DNA from: Rhizophagus irregularis
Lineage: Eukaryota
Direction of reading: 5' to 3'
DNA length: 64,000 nucleotides
Assembly: GCF_026210795.1 (NCBI RefSeq)
Contig: NC_089434.1
Coordinates: 1,674,001-1,738,000 of the forward strand
Below the pieces are notes generated by a model that had not been told where the DNA came from, made no database searches, and worked only from the letters and a program-made list of their open reading frames with translations. Shown in pieces: positions 13,759 through 25,217 of the stretch. Numbering within the stretch: the stretch's first letter is position 1; the number at the start of each line of letters is the position of its first letter. The position numbers and the translations under genes were made by a program.

Positions 13759-13934
13759 TCCCTGTAAAAAAAAGTCGATCCATTTTTATATTCCACCTTC
13801 TTTCCGTAAAAGGCTAATATTTCTGGAATTAATAACCTTATATCACGGTATTTATCGAATTATTTACATTTTTTTTTTGTGAAAGGCTCATTTTTACGGA
13901 GTTTTTGCAGAAATAACGGATAAAATTTTTTATA
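13759..13934. mobile_element. Small MITE family (CCCTGTAAAAAA...TTTTTTATAGGG), eroded copy
   Basis: Homologous to 32606-32758 (shared taataaccttatatcacgg and tttttacgg..cagaaataa..taaaattttttata). Confidence 0.6.
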
Positions 13935-16199
13935 CTATTTCAATTCGATACATAAAATTTTTTTGATCCGTTAATGGTTTTTATTGCCATTATTTTTCTT
14001 CTTTTTTTAGTATTATAAGCAAACTTTGTATCTTATAATGAATAAGACGATGTGAATTTTTTTTTCAAAAGAAAAATTCAGCGTGCATTAAACAAATCAT
14101 GTTTACGTATCTTTATTTTTAGTTACAGTATTTATTTATTATAGTTGTTAAGCATGTTTAAAGATAGTTAGTTAGTTACTGTGTTTATTTTAAACACGAG
14201 GCAATTTTCTATATCAACCATAAGAGATTTATTTTAAAATATTTCAGAAAGGAGGCGCAGTAAATTACCTATGAAAGGATGATTAACTTACGTTAATAAT
14301 TTGTTTTTACAACATATTTGAAACAGAGATAAAAATGTTAGAATTGCGCCTATTTTCTAATCAAAGATTTTACAAATAATAATGTCACTTAAAACACGAT
14401 TTTAAACACGTGATATTTTTCCAGTCGTTGCAGTCATTGCGACATTTTTCAAATATTCTTTTTCACTGCGTGAAAATTAAAATTTTCCAAATACAAAAAT
14501 GTTATAATAAAAAAATAATGATTTAAAAAAAAATTGATTATCGCAAGCAAAAAATTTATCACGAAAATTATTATTTTTTTTAATTAAAAATTTTTTTTTT
14601 CTTTTGATTAAAATTGGATCATGGAATATCAAATAACACGAAAAATAAAAATTTTTAAATGAAAAAAAAAATAATTTTGAAAGTTGAAACAAAAATAAAT
14701 GAAATAAATGTAATATAAAAAATTTTTTTAAAAAAAATGATTGTACACATAAAATAAAATGTAATGATACCTGAAAATTAAAAATAATAATTGAAAATAA
14801 CGTAAAATTTGAAATTAGTTGAAATATAGTACTTTAATGAATATTTTTTATTTTTTATTAGAGAGATGTCAGAACATAATTTTATCTATATTTTTTATTA
14901 TAATAGTTACGAGTTTCAAAATAAGGTGATAGATGGTACACCAATGACACGTCAAAGGTAAAATTTCGGCTTATTTAATTTTGTTTTGTAAAAAATTATG
15001 AACTGTAACTCCAAAAAATTTACTTTGCATGTAATGTAACATACAACATTTATCACTTACTATACAAAACTTTTTGAAATGATTAAAGACGGCGATATAA
15101 AATCTTTCCTGAAAATTTATGATGCAGCAATATCATGACGTTTTATATTTTTTTAATAATTACTATTATTGTTCAGTCGAGCGGGATTAAGACATCCAAT
15201 ATTGAAATCAGTATTAGTAGCATTAATTCCTATTGGTCACCGCAGTATTCCAATAACTCCTAAACTTTTTTACATATATAACGAGAATTTGACCGTTACT
15301 TGACTAATAAATTTCACAATAATCGTTGTCGTTACCATTTAATGGCTAAATTGGAGCACCAAGTTATTATTTGGTATCGAAATGTTTTTTATTACTTGAG
15401 ATTGTATACATGAATCCTAACGTTATAAATTATTTGGATAATATTTCTTCTTTTTTTTTACCAAAGAATGTTCGTTTCTTTATTGAATGCAAAAGGAATT
15501 ATTTTTGGTATGAATTTCGTATGAATTGAATTCTTTTACAAAGTTTCAGGGTGTACGAAATAAATCATAATAATCACACGATATGTTAATCATTATTAAA
15601 AAAAATTGTGTTCATGTGTAAACTTTTATTTTTCCTAAATATTTATTTATGCTAATGGTTAACTGTTAAACATGTCTAAAAAATTCATGTTACACTATTA
15701 ATAGTTTAAATATCAAAAATAATAATCATAATAATATTTTTTTTTATATTAACTTTATTAGTATTGCCATAGTTACAAAACGTAATTAATACCAATGTCG
15801 ACGTAAATATATCGTGTTAATAAAGTATCTATCTATAAATCTAAATTAATATAAAAGATTCTTGATTTATACTACAAACAAACCTAACTATATTGTGATT
15901 AAGTTTATTACAATATAAAAATTGAAACTTACACACCATCACTGTCATCCCTAGCACCCTGAGTTTGCGCGATACATTTTATATTTACGTTCAATTTTTC
16001 ACTATCCGTCTTAAATTTCTTTACCTTTACCTTTTGATCCTTCTGCGTTACCATTAATATCTTTAATTCTATCGCTAAAAACAGCATTCAATCTGTTAAA
16101 TTATTCGATCAAATCCGTTTTATTAACCGTCAAAAATAATTTTTTTTCAAACTTTATCACTAAAAAATATTTTTTTAAATTTTTACAAGGAAATTCATT

Positions 16200-16349
16200 A
16201 TGCTTACCATCCGACATGAATTAATTCATACAACACTTAATAGAGTGTATTCATTAATTGATTATAATATTTACACTGACATTCACAAACAATACAAATT
16301 TCTAAAAAAGAAAATTTTTGCTGACGGACTTAAAAAAAATATCAATTGA
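16200..16349 (+). pseudogene. 5'-only stub of a TKL kinase paralog (49 aa)
   Basis: MLTIRHELIHTTLNRVYSLIDYNIYTDIHKQYKFLKKKIFADGL then a stop. Not in the ORF track. Lies tail-to-tail with the 3' end of inverted copy 2. Confidence 0.8.
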
Positions 16350-16565
16350 CATTTCCTATTGTTCACATTAAAAGTTTCAATCATTAATTATTTTTTTTTC
16401 TCTGTATTTTGATTTTAAATTTATTAATAAGCCATAATATATATTTAAAAAAAAAATTATTTACATTACAAACTAAGGAATGCATAAAATATTTTGCTAC
16501 TCTAGCCTTAGTGTTTAAATAATTCAAAATAAAATATTCAATATTGTTTGTATATAATTATAATT

Positions 16566-19500
16566 TTAAAATCCATCTAAAAAAAAAATGTATATAAATA
16601 AACAACAATTAGTAATTAAAATATTATTATTTATAAAATATTAATATTAAGAAACTAACCATCAGGAATCTCAAATTCATCTTGTTCTTCCGAATGAAGG
16701 TTTGGATTATTATGTATTTCATCATCGTCTATAAAAATATAAAAAAGTACTTATTTGGGGACCATGGTGAACTCTTCCGGACGATCATTCAGACCAAAAA
16801 TTCACAGGAAGAAAAAAATTTAAAAAATACTTCATTTTCTAATAAAAACACTTATAAAAAGTCAAGGAAATGGAGTCATATCTACACCAGGATGAGTTTG
16901 ACTCAAAAATACTAAGGGAAGTCAGCACTTTGGTGAATAAAAATTTTAAAAACGCAGAGACAAGGTCGTCAGAAAATTTGCAAGGCGAGCTTGATAAAAT
17001 TTTTTTCAGAACGCTGCGAACACACAAAGTAATAGCAGATATAAGTGAAACTACGGGAATAAAGGGAGAGATAGTGGAACTACTCTTAAGAGGTTGCTTG
17101 AGATATGCTTATAGAGAATATGATAACGACGTTAAACAGATAGGAAAACAAAATACTAGGCTTCGTTCATGGCTGCGCCAGGCACAGCAAAAAAATCAGC
17201 CACATGAAGAAGTTCCAAAAAAAGTAATCGATAGCAATGTTAAAGCACCAACCAAAAGTCAGAACAAACAAAGAAAAAAGGGGAAAAAAAGAGAACGTGA
17301 AAAAGAAACGATTAGGGAAATTGCACTACATACACCGGACGATCAACAGCCGATCGTACAAAATTCAAGGGACGTATGTGCAACATCACGTGACATAATG
17401 TTTTATGATATACCAGCGCGTTATAGTGAAAGTGAAGTTATTTCAGCCATTAAAAATATAGGAAATGTTCATAGAATAAGGATTAAAAAGCACTATAAAT
17501 ACCAATCGGTAAGAGCTGAAATTAGTTTATTTGATGAATACGAAAGTGAGTTCGTGAGAGAAACGTGGAAAGTACAACTTTTATTTGGTAATAGTGAAAA
17601 GAAACAAACAACGATGCAAGTTCGTTGGTTTCCAGGACAAAGTACAGTCAAATCTATAAAAGAAAAATGTAAGTGGAAGGCATACAAAATAATTCGTTCA
17701 AATTATTATCAAGACGTAGCTAGAAAAAATTACTCTTTTGAGTATGGCAAAATGGCACGTTTTGGAAAAAACTTAGTATTTCTTGCATACTTTAAAGACA
17801 AAGATCAGTTGGACGCAGCTAAGGCATTGGACAAAGGAGCAGACGATACTTGGATTATTCATGGTAAGGGTTTGGGCAATCAACCGGTAGAGATCTCAAA
17901 AAGGGACTCACGTAGTGATTTGGTCAGCACTACGCCAAGAAATAATGGAAAAGTAACGCCTGCAACGAAAATACAACCTATAGCCAAGCCAACAATTATA
18001 GATAACGTTAGTACAGACGAGGTGGTTGATGTAGTAAATAAATATAGGAAGAATTTATTAGATGAATCTCCACAAAATATCGCATCAACATCGATAAAAG
18101 ACTACGCCTCACCAAAGAAAGTTGTAGACATAGTTTTGGATTTGAGAGCAGAAATCAACAAAGAGTTGTCACAGGATGAAAAAGATGATGAAAAGTGGAT
18201 TGACAGATGTAGAAATGGGTACGCTGTGCTAGTTACAGATTTAAAAGAAAGAAAAAAGAAGATGGATGAAGCAAGGTTGGAACGTGATACTTTACAAAAA
18301 GAATTGGAAGTAGTTCATACCAAAGTGAATGAAAATCAAAAAATACTGGATAAGATTAAAAGTGAAAAAGAGAAAAAAGCAAAATCCAATGAAAATACTA
18401 AACAGGTATCACCATTAGAATTACACGAGTATGAATCGATAAATGAAACATGTAGCAAGAGGCTAGATGAAAAAAAGAAGAATGAACCGATTCGTACTCC
18501 AGAATATATGGAGCGACTACAAGCGCAGCGTGATACTTACAGGAAGGCCTTCGAAAAAGCAAAAGAAGCAGCAGAACAACGGAAACGCCTAAGAAAGACA
18601 CAAGGTGACCGTGTAAAAGAGGAAGAAGGAATAGAAAGTGATAGTGATGAAGAAGAAGAAGATCAAGTGGTGGTAAGTACAGAAGCGCATAACAAAAGAG
18701 GAGGAAAACCAGGTAGTCGTGGACAAGGTAGAGGAGGCAGACGTAGATTAGTTAAAAAGAAATAGTTTCACGTATATAGAAATTGTATAGTGTAGATATT
18801 TTATTTTAATTTTTATATAGATAGTTTTTTTCTCGTAGTTGTGTAGTTATTTTAAGGGGATCGTGGGTTGACCGAGCGGTAGGCCGAAGCGCCCGGTATG
18901 GAGAGGTTGAATTAGTGCTTGCACTGGTTACTTCAAGTGATTCTCCAGTTTAATTTTGTAATTGGTGCGCTTTTTATAATTTTAATAAAGGAGTTTCGCA
19001 TTTACGCGAGTGAAAAAAAAAAAAAAAAAAAAAAAAAGTACTTATTTAATTAAAATATTGCAAAATTAAAAATTTATAATAAATATTCTACTTACCAATA
19101 ACTGGTTCTCTCACTTGTTGTATTGTTTCTTTTTTATAATCATTTTGAATTTCTATATCTTTTTAAATAAAATAAATAAAATTTTATTAAATATTGCATA
19201 AACAATAAACTAAGATTTAAATTTATTTTACTTACCATTCTTGGAATTTATTTTTAAAGTTTTAAATACTTTAGACAAACTTTTACTGCTGGCTATAATT
19301 GAGATAAATTTGTATTATTATTTCAAAAATTTTGGATATATAAATAAATTACCTTTAAAAATACTATTCATTTTTGATGTTTTATTAATCTTTTGATCGT
19401 TTGAATTATTAAAATCTTCAACTAAAAATGAAAATTTGGTTAATAAATATTTCATCAAATGAAATTTTAATAAATACTTACTATTGTCAGGAATATTAAA

Positions 19501-21148
19501 GTCATATGTTTTACTATGAAATGCTATTTAAAATGGTTAAAAAATTATTATAATAGTTAAGAAAATAGCAATAAAAAATATCAACCTTCTTGTCCTTCTA
19601 TAAACATTTAAATTAAAAAAGAAATTAGAAATGTCATGTCTTAATCAATAAACAAAAAAGTCTTATAAACAATACCTTCTGTTGCATTCTTTGGTTCAGG
19701 TAAATTTTCAAATTGATGAATTTTGCTTGTAAATAATTTGCTACTACTTGTATAATTTGTACTAGTTTTTGTTTCAAAATTACTTTTTGCTTTTGATTGA
19801 AATAATTCATTTGGCATATTTTGATATGATAAATGAATTTCTCTTATTTTATCATTAAAAGATACAATATCAAGTCTTTTTGATGGATTAGCATCCCAAC
19901 ATTGTTCCATTAAAGATTTATATTCTAAAGGAATTTCTGACATAATTTTTGGTCTCATACCATTAATTATATCCATTGCAAGATTATAATCATCATGCTT
20001 ATAATTAACAAATGGTGGTTGTCCAAATGAAATTTCCCACATAAGTATTGCAACACTATAAATATCAGATTTAAAAGTATATCCTTTTCCATTAATAACT
20101 TCTGGTGCTATGTAAGGAAGATTTCCATATATACATTTTGATGATTTATCAGCAGGTCCACAAAATCCAAGATCACTAATATACCATCTATCATTAAATT
20201 GTGAAAATAATATATTTCCAGAGTGCAAATCTCTATGAATTGCCTTCTCATCATGAATCCAATATACTGCACTAGTTATTTCAAAAGTAATTTTAATTCT
20301 TTCTTTCCATGTGAGTCGTTCATTATTTTGTTGTAAATAATTTCTTAAATCTGTATCCATTTTTATCATTACAAGCATATAACTTCCATTTGATGGATTT
20401 TGTGTCATTCCATAACATCGGACAATTTCTGTACATTCATTATTTATTGTTAAATGTGATTTAGCCTGTAAATATAAAAATTCTTTATTGTAAAACAAAC
20501 AATTGGCTAATTTATAAATACATTTAGAATACAAACCTCTTCAAACCAACTTTGATTTGCACTTTCAACATTTTCTAATTTTTTGAGTACTACTTTTGCT
20601 ACCAAGTTTTGCATTCCAGGTCTTTCAATTCTTTTTAATTGTTGTTTTTTAGAATCCCATTCATCATAATATCCATTAATCCAATCTGCAGTATAAATTT
20701 CGGAGAAACCACCTTTTGTAAGATATTTAATATTTATTAAATTATTATATGGAATCCATTCAATTATCACATCTGGCATAAGTGATTCCATTTGACATTT
20801 CTGTATTAAATTATCAATATCATCATTTCCAGATGTCCAATGTGAAAATTTTCCTTTTAAATAATTTCGAATACAATATTCACAATATAATGTAGCTAAA
20901 CATTCTTGATTGCAATTTTCACAAATTCTTTTTGTTCCCGTATTTTGAAGAATTTTATTTCGGTCGTAATCTTTAGTTATTTTTTTTATTGCTTCAGTTT
21001 TTTCATCATCTGTAAGAAGTTTATCAGCAAGAATTGTTTGTTTTCTAAATTCATGTCGTTTGTGAATATCAGTGTGAATATTATAATCAATTAACGAATA
21101 TGCTCTATTAACTGTTGCATTAACTAATTCATATCGAATGGTAGACAT
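16566..21148 (-). CDS. TKL-group protein kinase, copy 2 (inverted; 9 exons; intron 7 carries the retro-element)
   Basis: Exons 21148-20537, 20465-19676, 19597-19586, 19523-19482, 19421-19353, 19292-19236, 19152-19096, 16728-16660, 16576-16566. HRDLHSGNIL, DLG, APE. Ends PDDGF* like copy 1. Confidence 0.9.
16757..19031 (+). mobile_element. Non-LTR (polyA) retro-element carrying ORF1 only, with no RT
   Basis: Perfect 16-bp TSD aaaaaagtacttattt at 16741-16756 and 19032-19047. A-run at 19013-19037; AATAAA at 18984. Single intronless ORF. Absent from the homologous ~75-bp intron of the paralogs. Confidence 0.9.
16870..18765 (+). CDS. LINE ORF1p-like nucleic-acid-binding protein (RRM-like + coiled coil + acidic/RGG tail), 631 aa
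   Basis: Intact ORF, richer in GC than its flanks. RRM-like segment DIMFYDIPARYSESEVISAIKNIGNVHRIRIKK..VRAEI. K/E-rich heptads at about aa 455-580. C-terminal RGGKPGSRGQGRGGRRR. No RT (YxDD) or endonuclease motifs. Confidence 0.75.
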   Translation: MESYLHQDEFDSKILREVSTLVNKNFKNAETRSSENLQGELDKIFFRTLRTHKVIADISETTGIKGEIVELLLRGCLRYAYREYDNDVKQIGKQNTRLRSWLRQAQQKNQPHEEVPKKVIDSNVKAPTKSQNKQRKKGKKREREKETIREIALHTPDDQQPIVQNSRDVCATSRDIMFYDIPARYSESEVISAIKNIGNVHRIRIKKHYKYQSVRAEISLFDEYESEFVRETWKVQLLFGNSEKKQTTMQVRWFPGQSTVKSIKEKCKWKAYKIIRSNYYQDVARKNYSFEYGKMARFGKNLVFLAYFKDKDQLDAAKALDKGADDTWIIHGKGLGNQPVEISKRDSRSDLVSTTPRNNGKVTPATKIQPIAKPTIIDNVSTDEVVDVVNKYRKNLLDESPQNIASTSIKDYASPKKVVDIVLDLRAEINKELSQDEKDDEKWIDRCRNGYAVLVTDLKERKKKMDEARLERDTLQKELEVVHTKVNENQKILDKIKSEKEKKAKSNENTKQVSPLELHEYESINETCSKRLDEKKKNEPIRTPEYMERLQAQRDTYRKAFEKAKEAAEQRKRLRKTQGDRVKEEEGIESDSDEEEEDQVVVSTEAHNKRGGKPGSRGQGRGGRRRLVKKK

Positions 21149-22921
21149 AATGCAATTTAATTACAAAAGTTTAAAAAGAAAAATTTTTTTATTGGTATAA
21201 AAAAAAAAATATGAACTGGGAAAGGAATTTTTGACAACGAAATTTAAGTTTCAAAAAATTCCCGAATAGTGTAACCATAAATTCGAATTTTTTGTATGAT
21301 CAGCAGAATAATGTCATGTGACAATTACACAATTTTAAAAGATAAACAAAATAAACTATTTTTAGATATGCTTGTTGATCATCCCTATAAATAAATATTT
21401 ATTTTAAAAAAAAAACTAAAAATAGAAGATAGCGTGAATACTAAAGTAGGAAGTTACCGGATTGTGATGACAAATTTAAAAATAACATTGACAGTAGTAG
21501 TGATTATTGAATTAGTGATACATGAAATTACATAGAAAAATTTCTTGTAAAAAAAAGCTTTAAAATTAGTAAATAAAATAAAAATAATTTATATTATATG
21601 AAGCAGAATAGATGAATACTTTCGTATTATTTGAAATTATAATATTTCTACATTACTATCAAGTTTTATTGAAATTCTCACTCTATAATGAGTTAAGAAA
21701 AGCATCAAACAAAATAAATTAAGAATCTCATACTAACCTTTTTGAGTAAATCAAGTCTTAATTGTAAAATATACTAACATTATAACATTAAACTCAATTT
21801 CTTATAAGCCTGATTTCTATAAACAACTTAGCCTGTTTTAAACCAAAACTAGTACTATATTGAACTTATTAATAAATTAAATATTTTTCGTAACATTATA
21901 AATTGCAATTCTTTTTTTTTTATAATTCATACATAATTACTAGGAAACAGTAACTGTTGAAGCATCCGAAGCATTATAATCATCGTGATCAATTACTTAT
22001 CACAAGAAATTGAAATTGTCTACAAAAAATATGTATTGCTAAAGTTAAAAATAATGTATTGCTAAAAAATGTATAGTTAAAAGATGCAGTTTTAGATAAA
22101 AATATTTATTACCACTTTAAAAAGCCAATGATATTTATTATTATAATTTATAATTCGGTACAAAAATTAATATGTAACATTTATATTTTGTTTCTACACA
22201 AGCGTTACGTCTGATTCTAAAATCCCATTGTAATTTATTGTTTTTGTTACTACGTTATTACTGTAATCGTTTCATAAACTTTATTGGCCATACACGTAGC
22301 GCGACGGACAGACATTGCATGAGTAGAATGGAAAGTTCTTCGATAACGCTTTGGACAATAAACTCAGAAACAGGAAATTGTATACTAGTACAACAGTATA
22401 AGCAAATTTCATATGATTGCATTTCATTTATAATGACTTAATAGTAATTGTTCATTAACTCGCTAATTAATTCGTTATTTTTGCATGACAGGCATTCTAC
22501 GATTTCTGTAAAATTAAATTTAAACGCTTGTCAGCGACTGGTTTGATCAGGTTTAAACCAAATTTACTGTCAAGATAATTATTTATAAAATAATAATAAA
22601 ATGAAATAATCTTTATTACAAATATTTAATGACTTTATGTTCATCCACCAATTAATCAACTATATCATTTGGCAATAAACTAGGATAACGGAAGGTCCGA
22701 AGTAGTGATTAAATTACGAAATCTGTCATCTAAGGAACATAGGTTCAGTTTCTAGGATGAGCGGAATAATTGGGAATTATACGGACATCTGGACATTATG
22801 TCATCAAGCGCATAAGTATATAGTCCTTCGTTACACTTCAGACTAACAAGGTGTTACTATAAAAAATTAATTTGTAATTTAAAATGATACATTTGATTTA
22901 TGAAAATATTTTATGCTCTTA

Positions 22922-23322
22922 GTTAATTATCGCTGTTTTCAAATTAGTGGGACCCCTGTATGTCACCCCTAAGGAAATCGATTTCCAAAAATTTGCGAAA
23001 ACCCAGAATTTTTCTGAATAACTATGTAGGAAAAGATCAATTATTAGCGATTTCCAGAGGAAATCTTAGGAAATTCTCAATTGTAAAGGTAGTTTGCTTA
23101 TAAAAAAGTGTTTATGTTACACAAAGTTTTATCACTCACTTATAAGCAAACTATTTGAATAATTGAGAATTTCCTGAGATTTCCTCCAGAAATCACTAGC
23201 AATCGGACCTTTACTACAAAGTTATTCAGAAAAATTCTGGGGTTTCCACATTTGCGAAAACTGATTTCCTTAGTGGGTGACATGCAGGGGGTCCCACTAA
23301 TTTGAAAACAGCGATAAATAAC
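22922..23322. mobile_element. ~400-bp foldback (whole-length inverted repeat) MITE
   Basis: ttatcgctgttttcaaattagtgggacccc..tagtttgcttataa is mirrored by ttataagcaaacta..ggggtcccactaatttgaaaacagcgataa, with a short central loop. Confidence 0.88.
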
Positions 23323-23365
23323 AAAAAAAAAAAAAAAAGTTTAGTTTATCATTACAGGATTTAAG

Positions 23366-23787
23366 TAGGGTTGAATCGGTCCGGTCTGGTCCCAAAAAGA
23401 CTGGTCTTTCAATCTGGACCGGACCGATTTAAATTTAAGAAATGATTTTAAGACCTCTAAATTATGCTAAAACATTAAAGAACGTTTCGAAACGTTTTTT
23501 AACATGTAATTTAACAAATAAAAAACGTTTTTCGCAAATGTTTTTAATTATTTTAACAAACAACGTTGCGAAAACGTTTTTATTAAGTAATTTACGTTTT
23601 GCAACGTTTTTTATTAAAGCAATTTAATTAAAAAAAACGTTTTCGCACGTTTTTTTAATTATTTTATTAATAGGAAACGTTGCAAAAACGTTTTTTATTA
23701 ATAATTTCACGTATTCGCACGTTTTTTTAATAAAAAACGTTGCGAAAACGTTAAAAACTGAACCGTTTTGGCAAAAACCGTGCCCTA
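23366..23787. mobile_element. hAT-like MITE with internal aaaacgttttcgca repeats
   Basis: TAGGG / CCCTA termini, cggtcc/ggaccg subterminal motifs, and internal repeats shared with 61059-61596. No clear TSD. Confidence 0.6.
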
Positions 23788-24481
23788 AAAGTAGGACTGT
23801 TCACCAATAAGTCATCTAGTAATATTAAAAAAAAAAAATTTTACCATTTCTAGTTATTTCACGGGAAGCCGTTGATATCATTGATCATCATGGCGGAACC
23901 GTACCACGGAAACTAGCGTCCCGTATGCAATTTTAAACTACTAATAGACTTTTTTAGCTTTTCCTTTTAAATAATCATAATTGGTATAGTATTCCTTATT
24001 TGCATTAACATTTTTGTATTTAATTTAATCATCTGTTGAAGTTTTTAATAAAAAATTCCTCCAATGATAAATTAAAAGCAGCTGAAAAATTATTGAAAGA
24101 ATGTTAAAAATTCAGTATGTTGGTATGATGATTAATTAAATCTCCACAAAAATCTTTTGATTTGATGGCTAAATTTAGCGTAACTAGTGCTACATTATGA
24201 CGTACTTTACTGTACATTACTGTATTTGTATAAAACTTTCGGAAAAAATTGCTGAATATCATTCCCATGTTTTAATAAAAGTTACATTTCGATCAACACA
24301 ATTATTTCTAAATATGTTAACCAACATTAATAGTTTTACTTCGGTAATGCTGGGGAGCCAGTTTTTTCTTTTTTTATTTTGTAATTTTTTGTATCAATCA
24401 ATAGTTTTGTACCGTTTATTTTAATACTCTTAACAAAATCAAAACACAATTAACGCAGTTGCACTATTTAATTGTTACATA

Positions 24482-25065
24482 TAGAGATGGTCATATCATG
24501 CGCATGATGCAACATGATGCAATTGATACATGTGATGCAGCATTTTGCGATCATACTATAAACTTTTTTTTTTTATAATTTACGTAATTTATTTGTATTA
24601 TCGAATATATGGAAATTTTACAATAATAGTAATTTTACATGATTTTTTTCAGTTGTTTTTTTTCATCTTCATTGTCCGTTTCATCATTTTCTATTCTTCA
24701 CTATCAATTACTTCATAATCTGAATCATTTTGTAATAATTCTTCACTTTCATCTTCTGTTAATATTTCCATTATATCAGGATGTAATTCTTGTCGCGGAC
24801 AATTAATTTTATAATTGCTATAAATGTATACCAATTTTAATACCCGTTCATTAGTTAACCGATTTCGTTTCTTTTCATGTCCTAGTTGATTAAAACATGA
24901 CCATATTAAATGGATCTGATAGTGGCATTATTGATAATAATTTTTATTGAAAATAATTTCATTGATTTTAAAATAATTTAATAATCCCATTTTGATGCGC
25001 AGTCATGCACGTGTATGAATCATGACTGCATGGGTGGGGCATCATGTGCATGATGCCTATCCCTA
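24482..25065 (-). mobile_element. Internally deleted hAT transposon retaining the transposase C-terminus
   Basis: Termini tagagatgg / ctatcccta. Perfect 8-bp TSD gttacata at 24474-24481 and 25066-25073. Minus strand 24879-24691 reads HEKKRNRLTNERVLKLVYIYSNY (hAT dimerisation motif) plus an acidic tail. Confidence 0.88.
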
Positions 25066-25217
25066 GTTACATAACATGATCAACAAATTTATTATGTTAC
25101 ACTTCGGAATTTTTTGAAAAAAAAAAAATTCATTTTTTCAATTTAAATATTTTAACAATAAAATAAACAAAAAAAATTTTTCCTTTTAAAAACTTTTTAT
25201 AATAAAATTTTTATATT

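Noticed and set aside
16757..16800. tRNA-derived Pol III head on the retro-element
   Set aside because: No convincing A or B box and no cloverleaf.
18865..18895. Hammerhead ribozyme in the retro-element 3' UTR (ttgaccgag..ccgaag)
   Set aside because: The core deviates from CUGANGA...GAAA, and no stem I/III with an NUH cleavage site could be built.
22568..22858. Possible solo LTR (also 60629-60960)
   Set aside because: TG..CA-like ends and AATAAA are present, but there is no TSD, no second copy and no PBS/PPT.
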